The position numbers were made by a program, and so were the translations under genes. A DNA stretch of 64,000 bases, taken from positions 51,150,001 to 51,214,000 of the forward strand of contig OX597829.1 in the NCBI GenBank assembly GCA_951406725.2. Reading direction: 5' to 3'. The notes beneath the pieces were generated by a model that searched no databases, was not told the origin of the DNA, and saw nothing but the letters and a program-made list of their open reading frames with translations. Each line of letters opens with the position of its first letter. Position 1 is the stretch's first letter. Origin of the DNA: Octopus vulgaris (Eukaryota). Positions 24,045 to 37,969 of the stretch are shown here, piece by piece.

Positions 24045-25961
24045 AATAGTGACCACATTTAACAACTGTTAAACATAACCTATAACCTGTTTGTTACCTG
24101 AAGCTGATCAGATTGACCACCTTTCCCTCGGGGATTTCTTATTCAATCTCTAACTCAGTAGTTCTTCACATCCTTCCTGTAAATATTAGAGGAATTTTGC
24201 CTTTCTCTTTTTATTAATGAGAAAACAAGAATTTTCTTCTTTTTTTTTTTTTTTTTTTTGCATCCCTATAACCCTTCTTTTGTTGTCATAGTGTTGCTTA
24301 GATATTAAAAGTTTTACCTTTTAGCGTTTAAACCAGCCATATCTATTCATATTCTACCTGTTCTATTTTCTGATTGGCCAGATTCCTACCTCTTGCATCT
24401 AATCTAGCATGAAATATCTTCCTCACCTTTTCTAATATCCTCCTTCCCATTTAGTCAAGGGAGTGCTTCCCTTTCCCTCCAGCCTTGCAAGTTACTTGGC
24501 AACCCCAGCTAAAGCTAGTGCCACAAAAAAGCACCTTGTATACACACTGTAACGTAATTGGCATCAGGAAGGGCATCAAGCCATAGAAACAATGCCAAAG
24601 CTGAGATAGAGCATAACACAGCCCCGTGTTCCATCAGTATGAGGGGGTTTGTGAAGAGATAGTCATGGCTGTGTGGTAAGATGCTTGCTTCCGAATCATA
24701 TGGTTTGGGATTTAGTTCCATTGAATACATTACATTGTGGAAAATGGACATTAAATGATAAAAAAAAATGATGACGAAATGGTTTCCAAAGCAACCTTTG
24801 CACCTGCTAATATTTCTTTTTTTCTATCGTGAATGGTGAATACAAACTTCATTCCATTACTATATTGTCAATATATTCTTCTTCGAAGTATCCACTGATA
24901 ATTATTTCTTGGGTATAAAATAGGAAATTACAGAACAGCAGGCTACTCTAACAATAATGTGTGTGTGCATGTGTGTATCTGTGTGCGTGTGTTCATACAT
25001 TTCATATACTTGGTATGCTTGTATCTCTCATCTTTTCTCTTCTTCGCCTTCTTTTCTTTATGTAAATTTCCTCACGTTTTGGAAATTGCCCATGTAATGT
25101 GTCCCTCAACAGACGACCCTGTGGCAAATAAAAGAACTCATCATCATCATCACCATCATCAGAGTCGTTAGCACGCCAGGCGAAATGCTTAGTGGTATTC
25201 CTTCTGTCTTCACGTTCTAAGTTCAAATGCCACCAGGGTCGACTTTGCCTTTCATCCTTACCAGGTCAATTAAATAAGTACCAGTTGTGTACTGGGGTTG
25301 ATGTAATCGACTATCTCCCCACCAAATGTCGGGCCTTGTGCCTATAGTAGAATGGATTATATTATTATTATTATTATCATCATCATCATCCTCATTATTA
25401 TCTTGGCAAAGCTCACTTTAACCATATTGTTCTTAATTTAAATAACAGCCTGTTTGCAGTGAATGTTTTGATGTTATACAATTATACAATGGCACACAAA
25501 GGAATTATTCACAGTTTGCAGCCATCAAAACACTAAAATGTCTTTGATATATGATTTGTTAACAGTTCACTGTTCTAATAATAAAGAATTTTATGGTTTT
25601 ATACATACATAGACACACAGGCACACAACACACACATGCATACATACATATACTTACAAGCATGTGCACACATACACACACTCATGTTTGGCTACAAGAA
25701 ATAGAAATAGGCACTTGATATTTTTTATTCCAGTATATATGAATATATATTAAAAAAAATTATGCATTTACGTTTGGGAGAAAGAGAATTCTTTACATAG
25801 AATGAGATTTCTCTCTGTTGCTACTCTGAGTTCCTCATTTTGTTGTTGTGATGACAGGAAACTTAGTAGTAAGTGTAGCAACAGAAGAAAGACTTAAATT
25901 CGAATAAATGAACACACATACACACACACACACACATTATATATATATATATATATATATA

Positions 25962-26155
25962 TAAAGGGAAAGTTTACAAAAATAAACAAAAGACGAAGGC
26001 AGGTGGTGTACAAACAAACAAATGTATTAGTATAGCGCTCAGGAATAGAAAAAGTCTTTTACGTTTCGAGCCTACGCTCTTCGACAGAAGGATACACAGA
26101 AAAAAACAAGGAGAGAAAAAAAATGTGTGTAGTAGCTAACGATCTATCATGGCGT
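25962..26155 (-). mobile_element. Penelope-like terminal-repeat fragment with a degenerate hammerhead (26056-26090)
   Basis: Minus strand TCGAAGA-g-cgtaggct-c-GAAA-cg-TA; flanked on both sides by (TA)n. Confidence 0.55.
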
Positions 26156-26176
26156 CTATATATATATATATATATA

Positions 26177-26553
26177 TACTCTTTTACTTGTTTCAGTCAT
26201 TTGACTGCGGCCATGCTGGAGCACCGCCTTTAGTCGAGCAAATCGACCCCGGGACTTATTCTTTGTAAGCCCAGTACTTATTCTATCGGTCTCTTTTGCC
26301 GAACCGCTAAGTGACAGGGACGTAAACACACCAGCATCGGTTATCAAGCAATACTATGGGGACAAACACACACATACACATATATATATACATATATACG
26401 ACAGGCTTCTTTCGGTTTCCGTCTACCAAATCCACTCACAAGGCATTGGTCGGCCCGGGGCTGTAGCAGAAGACACTTGCCCGAGATGCCACGCAGTGGG
26501 ACTGAACCCGGAACCATGTGGTTGGTTAGCAAGCTACTTACCACACAGCCACT
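26177..26553 (-). mobile_element. SINE family 1, young copy
   Basis: CpG-rich and near consensus. Confidence 0.9.
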
Positions 26554-26826
26554 CTTCGCCAACCTCGTCTGGCACCTGTGTCGGTGGCACATAAAAACAC
26601 CATCCGGGCGTGGCCGTTCGCCAGCCTCGTCTGGCACCTCTGTCGGTGGCACATAAAATCACCCACTACACTCTCGGAGTGGTTGGCGTTAGGAAGGGCA
26701 TCCAGCCGTAGAAACACTGCCAGATCTGACTGGAGCCTGGTGCAGCCTTCGGGCTCCCCAGACCCCAGTTGAACCGTCCAACCCATGCTAGCATGGAGAA
26801 CGGACGTTAAACGATGATGATGATGA

Positions 26827-26876
<50 letters not shown>

Positions 26877-29514
26877 AGAGAAAAAGAGAGATATTTATTT
26901 AAAAATATGTGTATATTAAAACAAAAGCTGGAAAATTTGATATATTTTTAATTCCATGTTACACATGTTTCATTATGATATATGAAATGCATTACAAATA
27001 ATAATAATAATAATAATTGCCTTGGTGCAGTACTAGGTAGTGACTCTCATTGCTTTTCATCTTAACTGATCAATACCACAGATTTGCTTGTCAGTTGTTT
27101 TGACCCTAACCAGCTGAGCATGTCCCTTAGTGGCTGACGATATGTGCATTTCTGATGACGAGCAGAAGTAGTGTGGGAGCATCATAGCCATGTGTTGAGA
27201 GAAATTCTTTGGGGGTTTGAATAATTCACCTCTGGAAACATGGGTGTTTCGCTCAACATCCTTAAACAAACCTTATTCAGGGACTTTTTGAGCAGCAGGA
27301 TAGGCTACTCGACCTGGAGAAAAAATCTAACTGGGCCCTACCTGCAAGGTCATGCACTGTTTATCTTGATATGAGATCATTATGTCGCGCTCATATGGTT
27401 GTGATGCATGTGTCTGGTGTACCCTTTATCAGATGGGTAGTCATGATGGGTATACTGAGATTCATATAATTGTACCCCTGGCATGTACTGCTCACTTACT
27501 CAATAATAATAATAATCCCTTCTACTATAGGCACAAGGCCAGAAATTTGGGGAGAGGGGATCTAGTTGATTACATTGACTCCAGTGCATAACTGGTATTT
27601 ATTTTACCAACTCCAAAAGGATGAAAGGCAAAGTGGACCTCAGCAGCAATTGAACTCACAACATGGACTGACCAACTGCCACAAAGCATTTTGCCCGGTA
27701 TGCTAACAACTCTGTGGTATTGTAATAATAAAGGCGGCGAGCTGGCAGAATCGTTAGCACGCCGGGCGAAATGCGTAGCAGTATTTCATCTGCCGTTACG
27801 TTCTGAGTTCAAATTCCGCCGAGGTCGACTTTGCCTTTCATCCTTTCGGGGTCGATTAAATAAGTACCAGTTACGCACTGGGGTCGACATAATCGACTTA
27901 AACCGTTTGTCTGTTCTTGTTTGTCCCCTCTGTGTTTAGCCCCTTGTGAGTAGTAAAGAAATAGGTATTGTAATAATAATAATAATATTGATGATGAGGA
28001 TGAGGAGGAGGACGACGACGACAATCCTTTCTACTATAGGCACAAAGCCTGAAGTTTGTGGAGAGGAGCTATTTGATTACATCAACCTCAGTGGTCAAGT
28101 GGTACTTATTTTATCAACCTCAAAAGACAAAGGCAAAGTTGACCTCTGCAGACTTTGAACTCAAAGCATAAAGGCAGACAAAATACTACTAGGTAATTTA
28201 CCCTGTGAGCCAACAATTCTGTCAGCTCAACACCTTAATAGTAATTAGTAGTAGCAGTAGTAGTGGTAATAGTGTTAGTATTATCATTCAGCGATCTTTT
28301 GAGCGGGACGGGCTACTCAACCTGAAGTTTATCTTGATATAAGATCACCATATTGTGCACATATGGTTGTGATGCATTTGTCTGGTGTGCCTACCTTATC
28401 AGACAGGTAGTCATGACAGGTATATATCAGGCTTCATATATTTTACTCCAGTTCACTTTGATGGTATGCATTGCTCTCTCAATAATAATATAAATATAAT
28501 AAATTCATAATAGTTGTATGTATGTATGTATGTATGTATGTGTGTATGTATGTATGTAGAAAACAGTAGAGGATCTCCCAGGTCGTGACTCCTCAGACAA
28601 AGATTCCAAAATAATATAGATGCTGGTGTAAGTGTGTGGTAAGAAGTTTTCAGGTTCAGTCCCACTATGTGGTATCTTAGTTGAGTGTCTTACCCTAATT
28701 ACTATAATTTTGTATCTATGTTCACTTAGTTTATTGAATTAACCCTTTTGTTAGCATATTTCTGTTGAGATGTTCTATGTTTCTTTCAGTTAATTTTAAA
28801 TATAACAAAGAATTTAGTAAAATAACTTGGTTATGATTAAGTTAGTGTTGGGAACATAAATTGTGACTAAGGTTTGGTGGAAGGTTTTAATTCAAAACTT
28901 TTGAAAACGTGACATTTATACTACAGAGCCAGAGCCAGTTTCAAGCAGGTTGGTATCAAAAGGTTACAAATTGTTTTTCTATTATATATTTTAAATGAGG
29001 TCTTTTTTTTTTATCAAATCACTGAAACTACTAGGGGAAGCTACCCCCTCTTTTCTTATTTGGAGGGTGTTTTTTTTTTCCTTCCATAAAGGTGAAGGTG
29101 TGGCTGTTTAGTTAAGTAATCTTCTTCCCTAGTGCATGGTTTTAGGCTTGGTTCCACAGCATGGTACCTTAAACACCTTGTGAATAGGTCAAGTTGGCAG
29201 AGACTGAAAGAAGTGTGTCATATGTGTATATACATGTGTGTGTATATGTGTGTGTGCTTGTGTATTTGTTTCTCCTTGTTTTGGCATAATGCAAAGGCTG
29301 TAAGTGAGCCTCACCATCAGAAGCAGTGTTGTTTGCTTCCAGTCTCCTACAAAAACATGTCTGGCCAAGAGAAAAGCATTACTTGGAAACAGGTGAGGGT
29401 TGATGACAGGAAGAGCATCCATCTGCTCCACTCGAGCATATGAAAGTGCAATATTAAAACAGTGGTCATTGATTGCAATGGTAATGTCTCCGATGCGTAT
29501 GCTAAATAGTGAAC

Positions 29515-30700
29515 ATGTGAAGGTGCATGACTTAATGGTTTGAGTAATCAGTTCATAGTCATAAAGTTGTGAGTTCAATTCCTGGCAGTGCATTGTGTCC
29601 TTGAGCAAGACACTTCATTCCATGTTGCACCAGTTCACTAAGATAGCAAAAATAGTTGTGCCTGTAATTCAGTTGGCCAACATTGTCACATTCTGTGTCA
29701 CACTGAATCTCCTTGAGAACTACGTTAACCCTTTTGATACCAACCCGGCTGAAGCCACCTCTGGCTCTGTAGTATAAATGCCTTGTTTCCATAAGTTTTG
29801 AATTAAAATCTTCCACCAAACCTTAGTCACAATTTATGTTCCTAACACTAGGTTCATGATAACTAAGTTATTTCACTAAATTCTTTGTTATATTTAAAAT
29901 TAATTGAAAGAAACAGAGTATCTCAACAGAAATACGGTAACAAAAAGGTTAACAAATGATTAATTTAACCCTTTTGATACCAGCTTGTCTGAAACTACCT
30001 TTGGCTTTGTACTGCAAATGTCTTGTTTTCAAAAGTTCTGAATTAAAATCTTCCACCAAACCTTAGTCACAATTTATGTTCCTAACTAAGTCATTAAATT
30101 CTTTGTTTAAAATCAATTGAAAGAAACACAGAGCATCTCAACAGAAATATCGTAAAATAAGAGTTAAATGTATGAGTGTCTATGGAATGCTCAGACACTT
30201 GCATGATAATTTTATGAGCAGGCGTGGCTGTGTGGTAAGTAGCTTGCTTACCAACCACATGGTTCTGGGTTCAGTCCCACTGTGTGGCATCCTGGGCAAG
30301 TGTCTTCTGCTATAGCCCTGGGCCGACCAATGCCTTGTGAGTGGATTTGGTAGACAGAACCTGAAAGAAGCCTGTCGTATATATGTATATATATATATAT
30401 GTATGTATGTATGTATGTGTGTGTATATGTTTGTGTGTCTGTGTTTGTCCCTCTAGCATTGCTTGACAACTGATGCTGGTGTGTTTACATCCCCATCACT
30501 TAGCAGTTCGGCAAAAGAGACCGATAGAATAAGTACTGGGCTTACAAAGAATAAGTCCCGGGGTCGATTTGCTCGACTAAAGGTGGTGCTCCAGCATGGC
30601 TGCAGTCAAAATGACTGAAACAAGTAAAAGAGTAAAAGAGGCTGTTCCGTCAATTGGATCAACTGTAATACTCATCATGGAAACTGACGGAATACCAGTT
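29515..30700 (+). mobile_element. SINE family 3 broken by two MITE family 2 copies and a SINE family 1 copy (30219-30640)
   Basis: Pieces 29515-29725, 30166-30220 and 30640-30700 align consecutively to the reverse complement of 34857-35241. Confidence 0.7.
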
Positions 30701-31009
30701 AGTATACAAGTGCTGTAGATAACACTTAGCATTTTGTATGTTTATGGTAATGTATCTGTTGAATGTAATGGCTGCTGGCCATAGATGCTGTTTGATGTTA
30801 TTGATAAGAAGAGAGAGGGAGAGGGAGACGTATTCCGTGGGTGCTATTTTTAAAATAAATGTTTGGAGCTAGTTTTCTAGGTCTTTCATGTGTAATTAGA
30901 ATGGTTGTGTCACTTTATATCTGTAGAATAATGAGACGAGGTAAGTAATGTCATGACTGTGAAGTTGTGTGTATGTATACGTGTGTGTGTGTGTATGTAA
31001 TATATACAT

Positions 31010-31179
31010 AGGCGCAAGAGTGGCTGTGTGGTAAGTAGCTTGCAAACCAACCACATGGTTCCGGGTTCAGTCCCACTGCGTGACATCTTGGGCAAGTGTC
31101 TTCTGCTATAGCCCCGGGCCGACCAATGCCTTGTGAGTGGATTTGGTAGATGGAAACTGAAAGAAGCCTGTCGTATATA

Positions 31180-31230
<51 letters not shown>

Positions 31231-31413
31231 TTGTCCCCCCAGCATTGCTTGACAACCGATGCTGGTATGTTTACGTCCCCGTCACTTAGCGGTTCGGCAA
31301 AAGAGACCGATACAATAAGTACAAAGAAAGGAATAAGACCCGGGGTCGATTTGCTCGACTAAAGGTGGTGCTCCAGCATGGCCGCAGTCAACATGACTGA
31401 AACAAGTAAAAGA

Positions 31414-31414
<1 letters not shown>
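31010..31414 (+). mobile_element. SINE family 1, young copy
   Basis: Near consensus. Confidence 0.9.
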
Positions 31415-31462
<48 letters not shown>

Positions 31463-31774
31463 CATAATCATCTTCATCGTCTAATGTCCACTTTCCATGC
31501 GGTACTGGCAATGGCCACACTCGAAAATGGTGTATGTAAAATGCACCAATCCGACCGTGGCCGTTGCCAGCCTCGCCTGGCACCTGTGCGGTTGGCACGT
31601 AAAAAGCACCCACTACACTCACGGAGTGGTTGGCGTTAGGAAGGGCATCCAGCTGTAGAAACATTGCCAGATAAGACTGGAGCCTGGTGCAGCCTTCTGG
31701 CTTCCCAGATCCCCGGTCGAACCGTCCAACCCATGCTAGCATGGAGAACGGACGTTAAGCGATGATGATGATGA

Positions 31775-31823
<49 letters not shown>

Positions 31824-31965
31824 AGGATAAGATTGTTGATGATGATGAAGGATAAGATTGTTATTTAAATAACAATCAAATTAAGTGGCAGCATGGGAAG
31901 AAAAACCTTATCGGTTATAACTATTGTTAAAATTATAAATATCTCTTAGATACCCTTATTTATAA

Positions 31966-32007
<42 letters not shown>

Positions 32008-32294
32008 TGCTTGTTGTGTGTAGAGGAAGTATCAGCCAGATGAAGTTCATTGAGGCAGATTATTCTATGGCTGGATGCTCTTCCTATCACCAACCCTCAC
32101 CTATTTCCAAGGAAGGTAATATTTTCCCCCATGGCTGGACATAGTTTTACAGAATATTGGAAACAAATGGCATTGCTTGTGAGACAGTGACACTCATTTA
32201 TGACTTGTGTGGGATATTAAGAGGAGACACACATGCGCACACACACAAACACATGCTCATGCACACACACACGCAAACACATACATCTATATAT

Positions 32295-32650
32295 CTTTTA
32301 TCTCTTACTTGTTTCAGTCATTTAGACTGTGGCCAAGCTGGGGCACCGCTGTGATGAATTTTAGTCCAATACATCAACCCCAGTTCTACCTTACCTTCTT
32401 TTTTTAGAAGCCTGGTACTTAATTTTTTGGTTTCTTTTGTTGAACTGCTAAGTAACAGAGTTGTATGCATGCCAACACTGGTTGTCAAGCAGTAATGGAG
32501 GCTAAATATACACACACACACACGTGTGTGTGTGTGTGTGTGTGTGTCAAATCAATTCATAAAGCCTTGGGTGGCCCAAAGCTATAGTAGAAGACACTTG
32601 CCCAAGGTACTACACAGTGGCTGAACCTGGAACCATGTGGTCGGAAAGCA
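32295..32650 (-). mobile_element. SINE family 1, older copy
   Basis: Homologous to the other copies. Confidence 0.8.
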
Positions 32651-34192
32651 TGTAGTCTATTTTTTGACATGCTGGCCCCCTACACAGCACTGCCAGTCCT
32701 CCACACACCACTACTAGTGCCCACACCCAGCACCACCATTGCCAGTCACCACACTGCATGACAAATACTGATTACACTTAATTTTAAACCACTATTGGGT
32801 TAGCAACTAATTCTACCATTTTTGCTTGGTCTGAGCATATTCCTCGACAGCCATTTATTTAATTCTCATTCATTTCTAAACTGACTGCTTTGTCTTCTGA
32901 GAAGGCATTTTCAATAAAAGGCCTCCTCTGCAGCAGCTAAAGCACAAAGAAACATCATTGAGATTTAATGGCTTTATTAGTTCACAGGAAAATCTTTATG
33001 TGTAGTCTATGTTACTGTTAATAATCTTACATAACCGGTTTTTTGTTAATTCAAACTCGTAATTTGATACTGAAAATAAAAGGATAATTAATCAAATGTA
33101 AACTTTTTACTGCAGTTTTAGTGATAAAGCAATTTATTTAATATAGATCTTAAAAGTTTGTTTGCTCATTCATTTACAACTTGCTGTTCAGTGAGGTTTC
33201 CATTGATCGTGTGATGTAGTGTGTTGTCATGTTTATTTATTGAACACATCATTTTCTGTTGACGTTGACAATATTTCCTCAGGCTTTTGATGCATTTGTA
33301 ATATATATATATATATATATATATCATCATCATCATATGTATATATTGTATATTCATATTATGGCAGAAGAATGGGCAAGGAGTGTTCAGTACATTTTTA
33401 AGAAGATATAGTGTTTTTCCATTGAAACTACAAATGAGTTTTGTTTCACACCATTGCTATCTTCGGCCAAGTATTCACGCCTGAAGATCACAGTGGCATG
33501 AAACTCAAGTCAAAAGTCAAATACTCAGTTTCAGTAATAAAACTATGATAAAACTACAAGTAAGAGATATCATAATCTACATGTCTTCCAAAATAGAAAA
33601 CCAGTTCCTGACCTGTTGACAGGCAAAGTGACATGAATGCCAAAACTTATAGCTGACTGAATTTTCAGAGGAAGTGCCGATGTAAACAAACAAAACCATG
33701 TATGCACACATACACACAGATATGCATACACATAGACAACAGGCTTCTTACAGTTTCCCTCAACTAAATTCACTCACATGGCTTTGGTTAGCTCAAGGCT
33801 TACAGTAAAAGACTCTTGCCCAAAGCAGATGTCGATAGATCATTCCTGAGTCAAATAGAGTCATAGGGCCAGTTTCCTAGTTTCTGTGGTGCATATATTC
33901 TCCCCCCCCCCGCCCACCCCACCCCTAGATGGGACACTGAGCCATCACAGGATTACTTATTCTTGCCAGCTGAGTGAACTGGAGAAACATGAAAGCAAGT
34001 GTCTTGCTCAAGAACACAACGCATTGCCTGGTACAGGAATTGAAACCACAGTCTTACGATCCTCAGTCCACTGCCCTCACCACTAAGTCATGCACCTCTA
34101 TAAGGTGTTATGAAGTGGAAATGAACCTGAGACCATGTGGTTGGGAACTAAATTCCTTATCACACACACACACATCCATGCCTCCACCAATT

Positions 34193-34224
<32 letters not shown>

Positions 34225-34238
34225 CGTATGTGTGTGTA

Positions 34239-34269
<31 letters not shown>

Positions 34270-34606
34270 AAGTATGTATAGCAGATACAAGTGTCACGTA
34301 AATGGCACCCGTGTCAGTGGCATTTAAAAGCAGCCTTTACACTCTCATAGTGGTTGGCATTAGGAAGGGCATCCAACCATAGAAAACCATGCTAAATCAG
34401 ACTAGTCTGGCACAGCCTTCCAACTTACCAGCCCTGCTCAAACCATCCAACCCATGCCAGCATGGACAACAGACGTTAAATGATGATGAGATATATATAT
34501 ATATATATAGTTAATCCAAACAAGAAAACACAAAAAAAAAAAAAACACAACAACACAGGAGAAGGGAAGACAGAGGGGAAAAAATCGCCAGCAGTACTCA
34601 CGAGGT

Positions 34607-34669
<63 letters not shown>

Positions 34670-34673
34670 AATG

Positions 34674-34794
34674 GCTCTGACGAAAGTAGCATTAATTTTC
34701 ATAGGTCATTCAGTTTATGTCCGTTGATCAATAGACCAATTGAGTAAACCTATCAATAATGTACCTATAATGACTACTGGAAACAGCTATAAGC
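34674..34794 (+). ncRNA. Hammerhead motif with a ~95-nt extended stem II (Penelope-like terminal repeat)
   Basis: gct-CTGACGA-a-agtagcatta...ataggt...acctat-aatgactact-g-GAAA-cagcta-TA-agc, followed by AATAAA. Same GAAACAGCT(G/A)TAAG signature as 26-73. Confidence 0.65.
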
Positions 34795-34856
34795 TAGATT
34801 TGTTCCAATAAAGGAATTATATGTAATGACCATTATTTTCAATTTGTTTCTTATAT

Positions 34857-35241
34857 GATGGAAGCACTCCGTCGGTTACAACGACGAGGGTTCCGGTTGA
34901 TCCGATCAACGGAACAGCCTGCTCGTGAAATTAACGTGTAAGTGGCTGAGCACTCCACAGACACGTGCACCCTTAACGTAGTTCTCGGGGATATTCAGCG
35001 TGACACAGAGAGTGACAAGGCCGGCCCTTGAAATACAGGTACAACAGAAACAGGAAGTAAGAGTGAGAGAAAGTTGTGGTGAAAGAGTACAGCAGGGATC
35101 ACCACCTTCCCCTGCCGGAGCCTCGTGGAGCTTTAGGTGTTTTCGCTCAATAAACACTCACAACGCCCGGTCTGGGAATCGAAACCGCGATCCTATGAAC
35201 GCAAGTCCGCTGCCCTAACCACTGGGCCATTGCGCCTCCAC
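34857..35241 (-). mobile_element. Full-length young tRNA-derived SINE family 3 with a 12-bp TSD
   Basis: TSD tgtttcttatat at 34845-34856 and 35242-35253. Minus head gtggaggcgcaatggcccagtggttagggcagcggac...ggtttcgattcc. Confidence 0.9.
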
Positions 35242-35494
35242 TGTTTCTTATATATCACTCTGTAAAAACCAGTCTATATGACGTTCATCCATGGATTTAC
35301 CATATAGAGTTATGATAATCCATAAACTGGAACCCTACCTAACTGGGTCACCTGGAGTTTTTCGCTAATCTAAGTAATATAGTTAGTCAGGTGTGCTCAC
35401 AGATTATCAATCTGGACAAAAATACTTTGTAATCTCTCACTATTTGTTTTGTTGTGTGTGTATGTGTGCACGCGCACCCAATTCTAATTATATT

Positions 35495-35898
35495 ACTCTT
35501 TTACTCTTTTACTTGTTTCAGTCATTTGACTGTGGCCATGCTGGAGCACCGCCTTTAGTAGATCAAATCGACTCCAGGACTTATTCTTTGTAAGCCTAAT
35601 ACTTATTTTATCGGTCTCTTTTTGCCGAACTGCTAAGTTACGGGGGACGTATACACACCAGATTCAGTTGTCAAGCGATGTTGGGGGGGACAAACACAGA
35701 CACACAAACATACGCACATACATATATATACACATATATATGACGGGCTTCTTTCAGTTTCTGTCTACCAAATCCACTCACAAGGCTTTGGTCGGCCCGA
35801 GACTATAGTAGAAGACACTTACCCAAGGTGCCACGCAGTGGGACTGAACCCTGAACCATGTGGTTCGTAAGCAAGCTACTTACCACACAGCCACTCCT
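35495..35898 (-). mobile_element. SINE family 1
   Basis: Near consensus. Confidence 0.9.
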
Positions 35899-36355
35899 TT
35901 TTAAACATTCATTATAATAATTCCAGTAAACAAACGGAAGTAAAAATCACAAACGATTTTTTATTTTTTTTATTTTTTTTCTATTTTACCAATTTAAAAC
36001 CAAAAGCACCATAAAACAAAATTTTTGTTTGGCAACATTTACAGGTGAATAAATGAAGAACGAATGAACATTTTGAAAAGATATATTTATGAATGTGCAT
36101 GTACACTGAAAATGAATGGAAAAGGTGATAATTCAGCAATTGGATATGTATCATTATCCCATTTTTTGTTTTTTTGCTGCTTTTGTTTTTGTTTTTGTTT
36201 TTTAACTTTTAATTGAACAAAGACTAAACAACTGATTGTCAACAGCATAAAGATTTAATGGATCTTTCTGTGATTAAAAGCAGTCATTAAAACCTGAAGG
36301 GAAAATTGATTATTCAATGTATTATTTTGTTAAAAATTATTATTCGCAGTGTTTC

Positions 36356-36389
36356 TGTGTGTGTGTGTATGTTAATATATATGTATGTA

Positions 36390-36430
<41 letters not shown>

Positions 36431-36752
36431 GTGTATATATGTATGTATGTATGTATGTATATATATATGTATATATATGTGTATATATGTATGTATGTAT
36501 GTATGTATATATATATGTATATATATGTGTATATATGTATGTATGTATGTATGTATATATATGTATATATATATGTATGTATGTATATATATATGTATAT
36601 ATGTATGTATATATATATGTATATATATATGTATATATGTATGTATATATATATGTATATATATATGTATATATATATGTATATATATATATATGTATAT
36701 ATATATGTATATATATATATATATTATATATATTTATATATATATATATATA
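36356..36752. repeat. Compound (TA)/(TATG) microsatellite
   Basis: Visible directly; the source of the spurious Y/I/C/M-rich ORFs. Confidence 0.95.
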
Positions 36753-37713
36753 CACTGACATCTACATATGTACTTATGCATACATATACATATGTAAATA
36801 CTTACGTACACATATATGCTTTATATAAATATATAGACACTTTGATATTTGTAGATGTATATACTACATATATACATAAATTCGAAATGCACTAAACACT
36901 CTCATAACATAAACATTTATTGGATAACAAATACATTGTAATGATATTTTCACTTGCTCTCCTTATTTTCTCTCTCTCTCTCTCTTTCTCCATTCTCCCT
37001 CTCTCTCTCTCTTTCTTTCTTTCTTCTTCCTCTCTCTCTGTTCTTCACTCTGTCTGTTTTTTCTCTGTTTCTCTCCTGTCTGAGTCTCTCCTCCCTCTCC
37101 CCCTCTTCCTCCTGTTTGAGTCCCCTCCTCTCTCTCTCTCTCTCTCTCTCTCTAAATTGCAGTATACATAAAATTATCACCTTTCCACACCTTCATTCCA
37201 CCCCACCCCCTCTCGCTTCCTCATTCTCCAATTTTTACCATTATTGAACTTACGCTCATACATCTAATGTCCACGTGCCTGATGATTTTCTTTTTTTTGT
37301 TTTTTTTTTTGTGTAAAACTATGGTAAATAAATAAAAGCTTTTAGAAATAACCATGGAAATAAATGTCATGTAAATAAATATACAACCGTACCTCATCTT
37401 ACATCAATAATTCATTCCAAGATGTGATTTAACTACAAAAAACAATGCAATGTTTTTAAAAATTCATCAATTTATATCCATTTTAATAAATGATTTGTGC
37501 ATGTTTTCACATGAATATTATTCGGTTTCTCACACTTTACTATTAGAGTTTTAAATGTTCTTTTAGTTATGAATGCTTTTAAATGTGTTTGCTGAGATCA
37601 AACATAAAAGTTGGGATAAATTGACTGATGTTGTGGTTCATTTTAAAGAAAATAGGAATACTAAGCCGAATAAGGCAAAACTCAAAATGGCGCAAGTTGA
37701 AGTATGTTTGTAT

Positions 37714-37936
37714 ACTCTTTTACTCTTTTACTTGTTTCAGTCATTTGGCTGCGGCCATGCTGGAGCACCGCCTCTAATCGAGCAACTCGACCCCGGGACT
37801 TATTCTTTTGTAAGCCCAGTACTTATTCTATCGGTCTCTTTTGCCGAACCGCTAAGTGACGGGGACATAAACACACCAGCATTGGTTGTCAAGCAATGCT
37901 AGGGGGACAAACACAGACACACAAACATACCCGCAC

Positions 37937-37969
<33 letters not shown>

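Noticed and set aside
7850-27385. Seed matches to conserved miRNAs (miR-279 at ~7850, miR-71 at ~11190, miR-2 at ~11477, bantam at ~27373)
   Set aside because: Only 7-10 nt match and the rest of the mature sequence differs; most lie within TEs.
32508-32547. Perfect (CA)n-CG-(TG)n palindrome
   Set aside because: A rearranged central microsatellite of a SINE; no sign of function.
35170-35241. tRNA-like sequence
   Set aside because: Head of a SINE bounded by a TSD; no complete cloverleaf.
36306-36895. Overlapping 130-190 aa ORFs (also at 59125-59620)
   Set aside because: TA/TG microsatellite artefacts.
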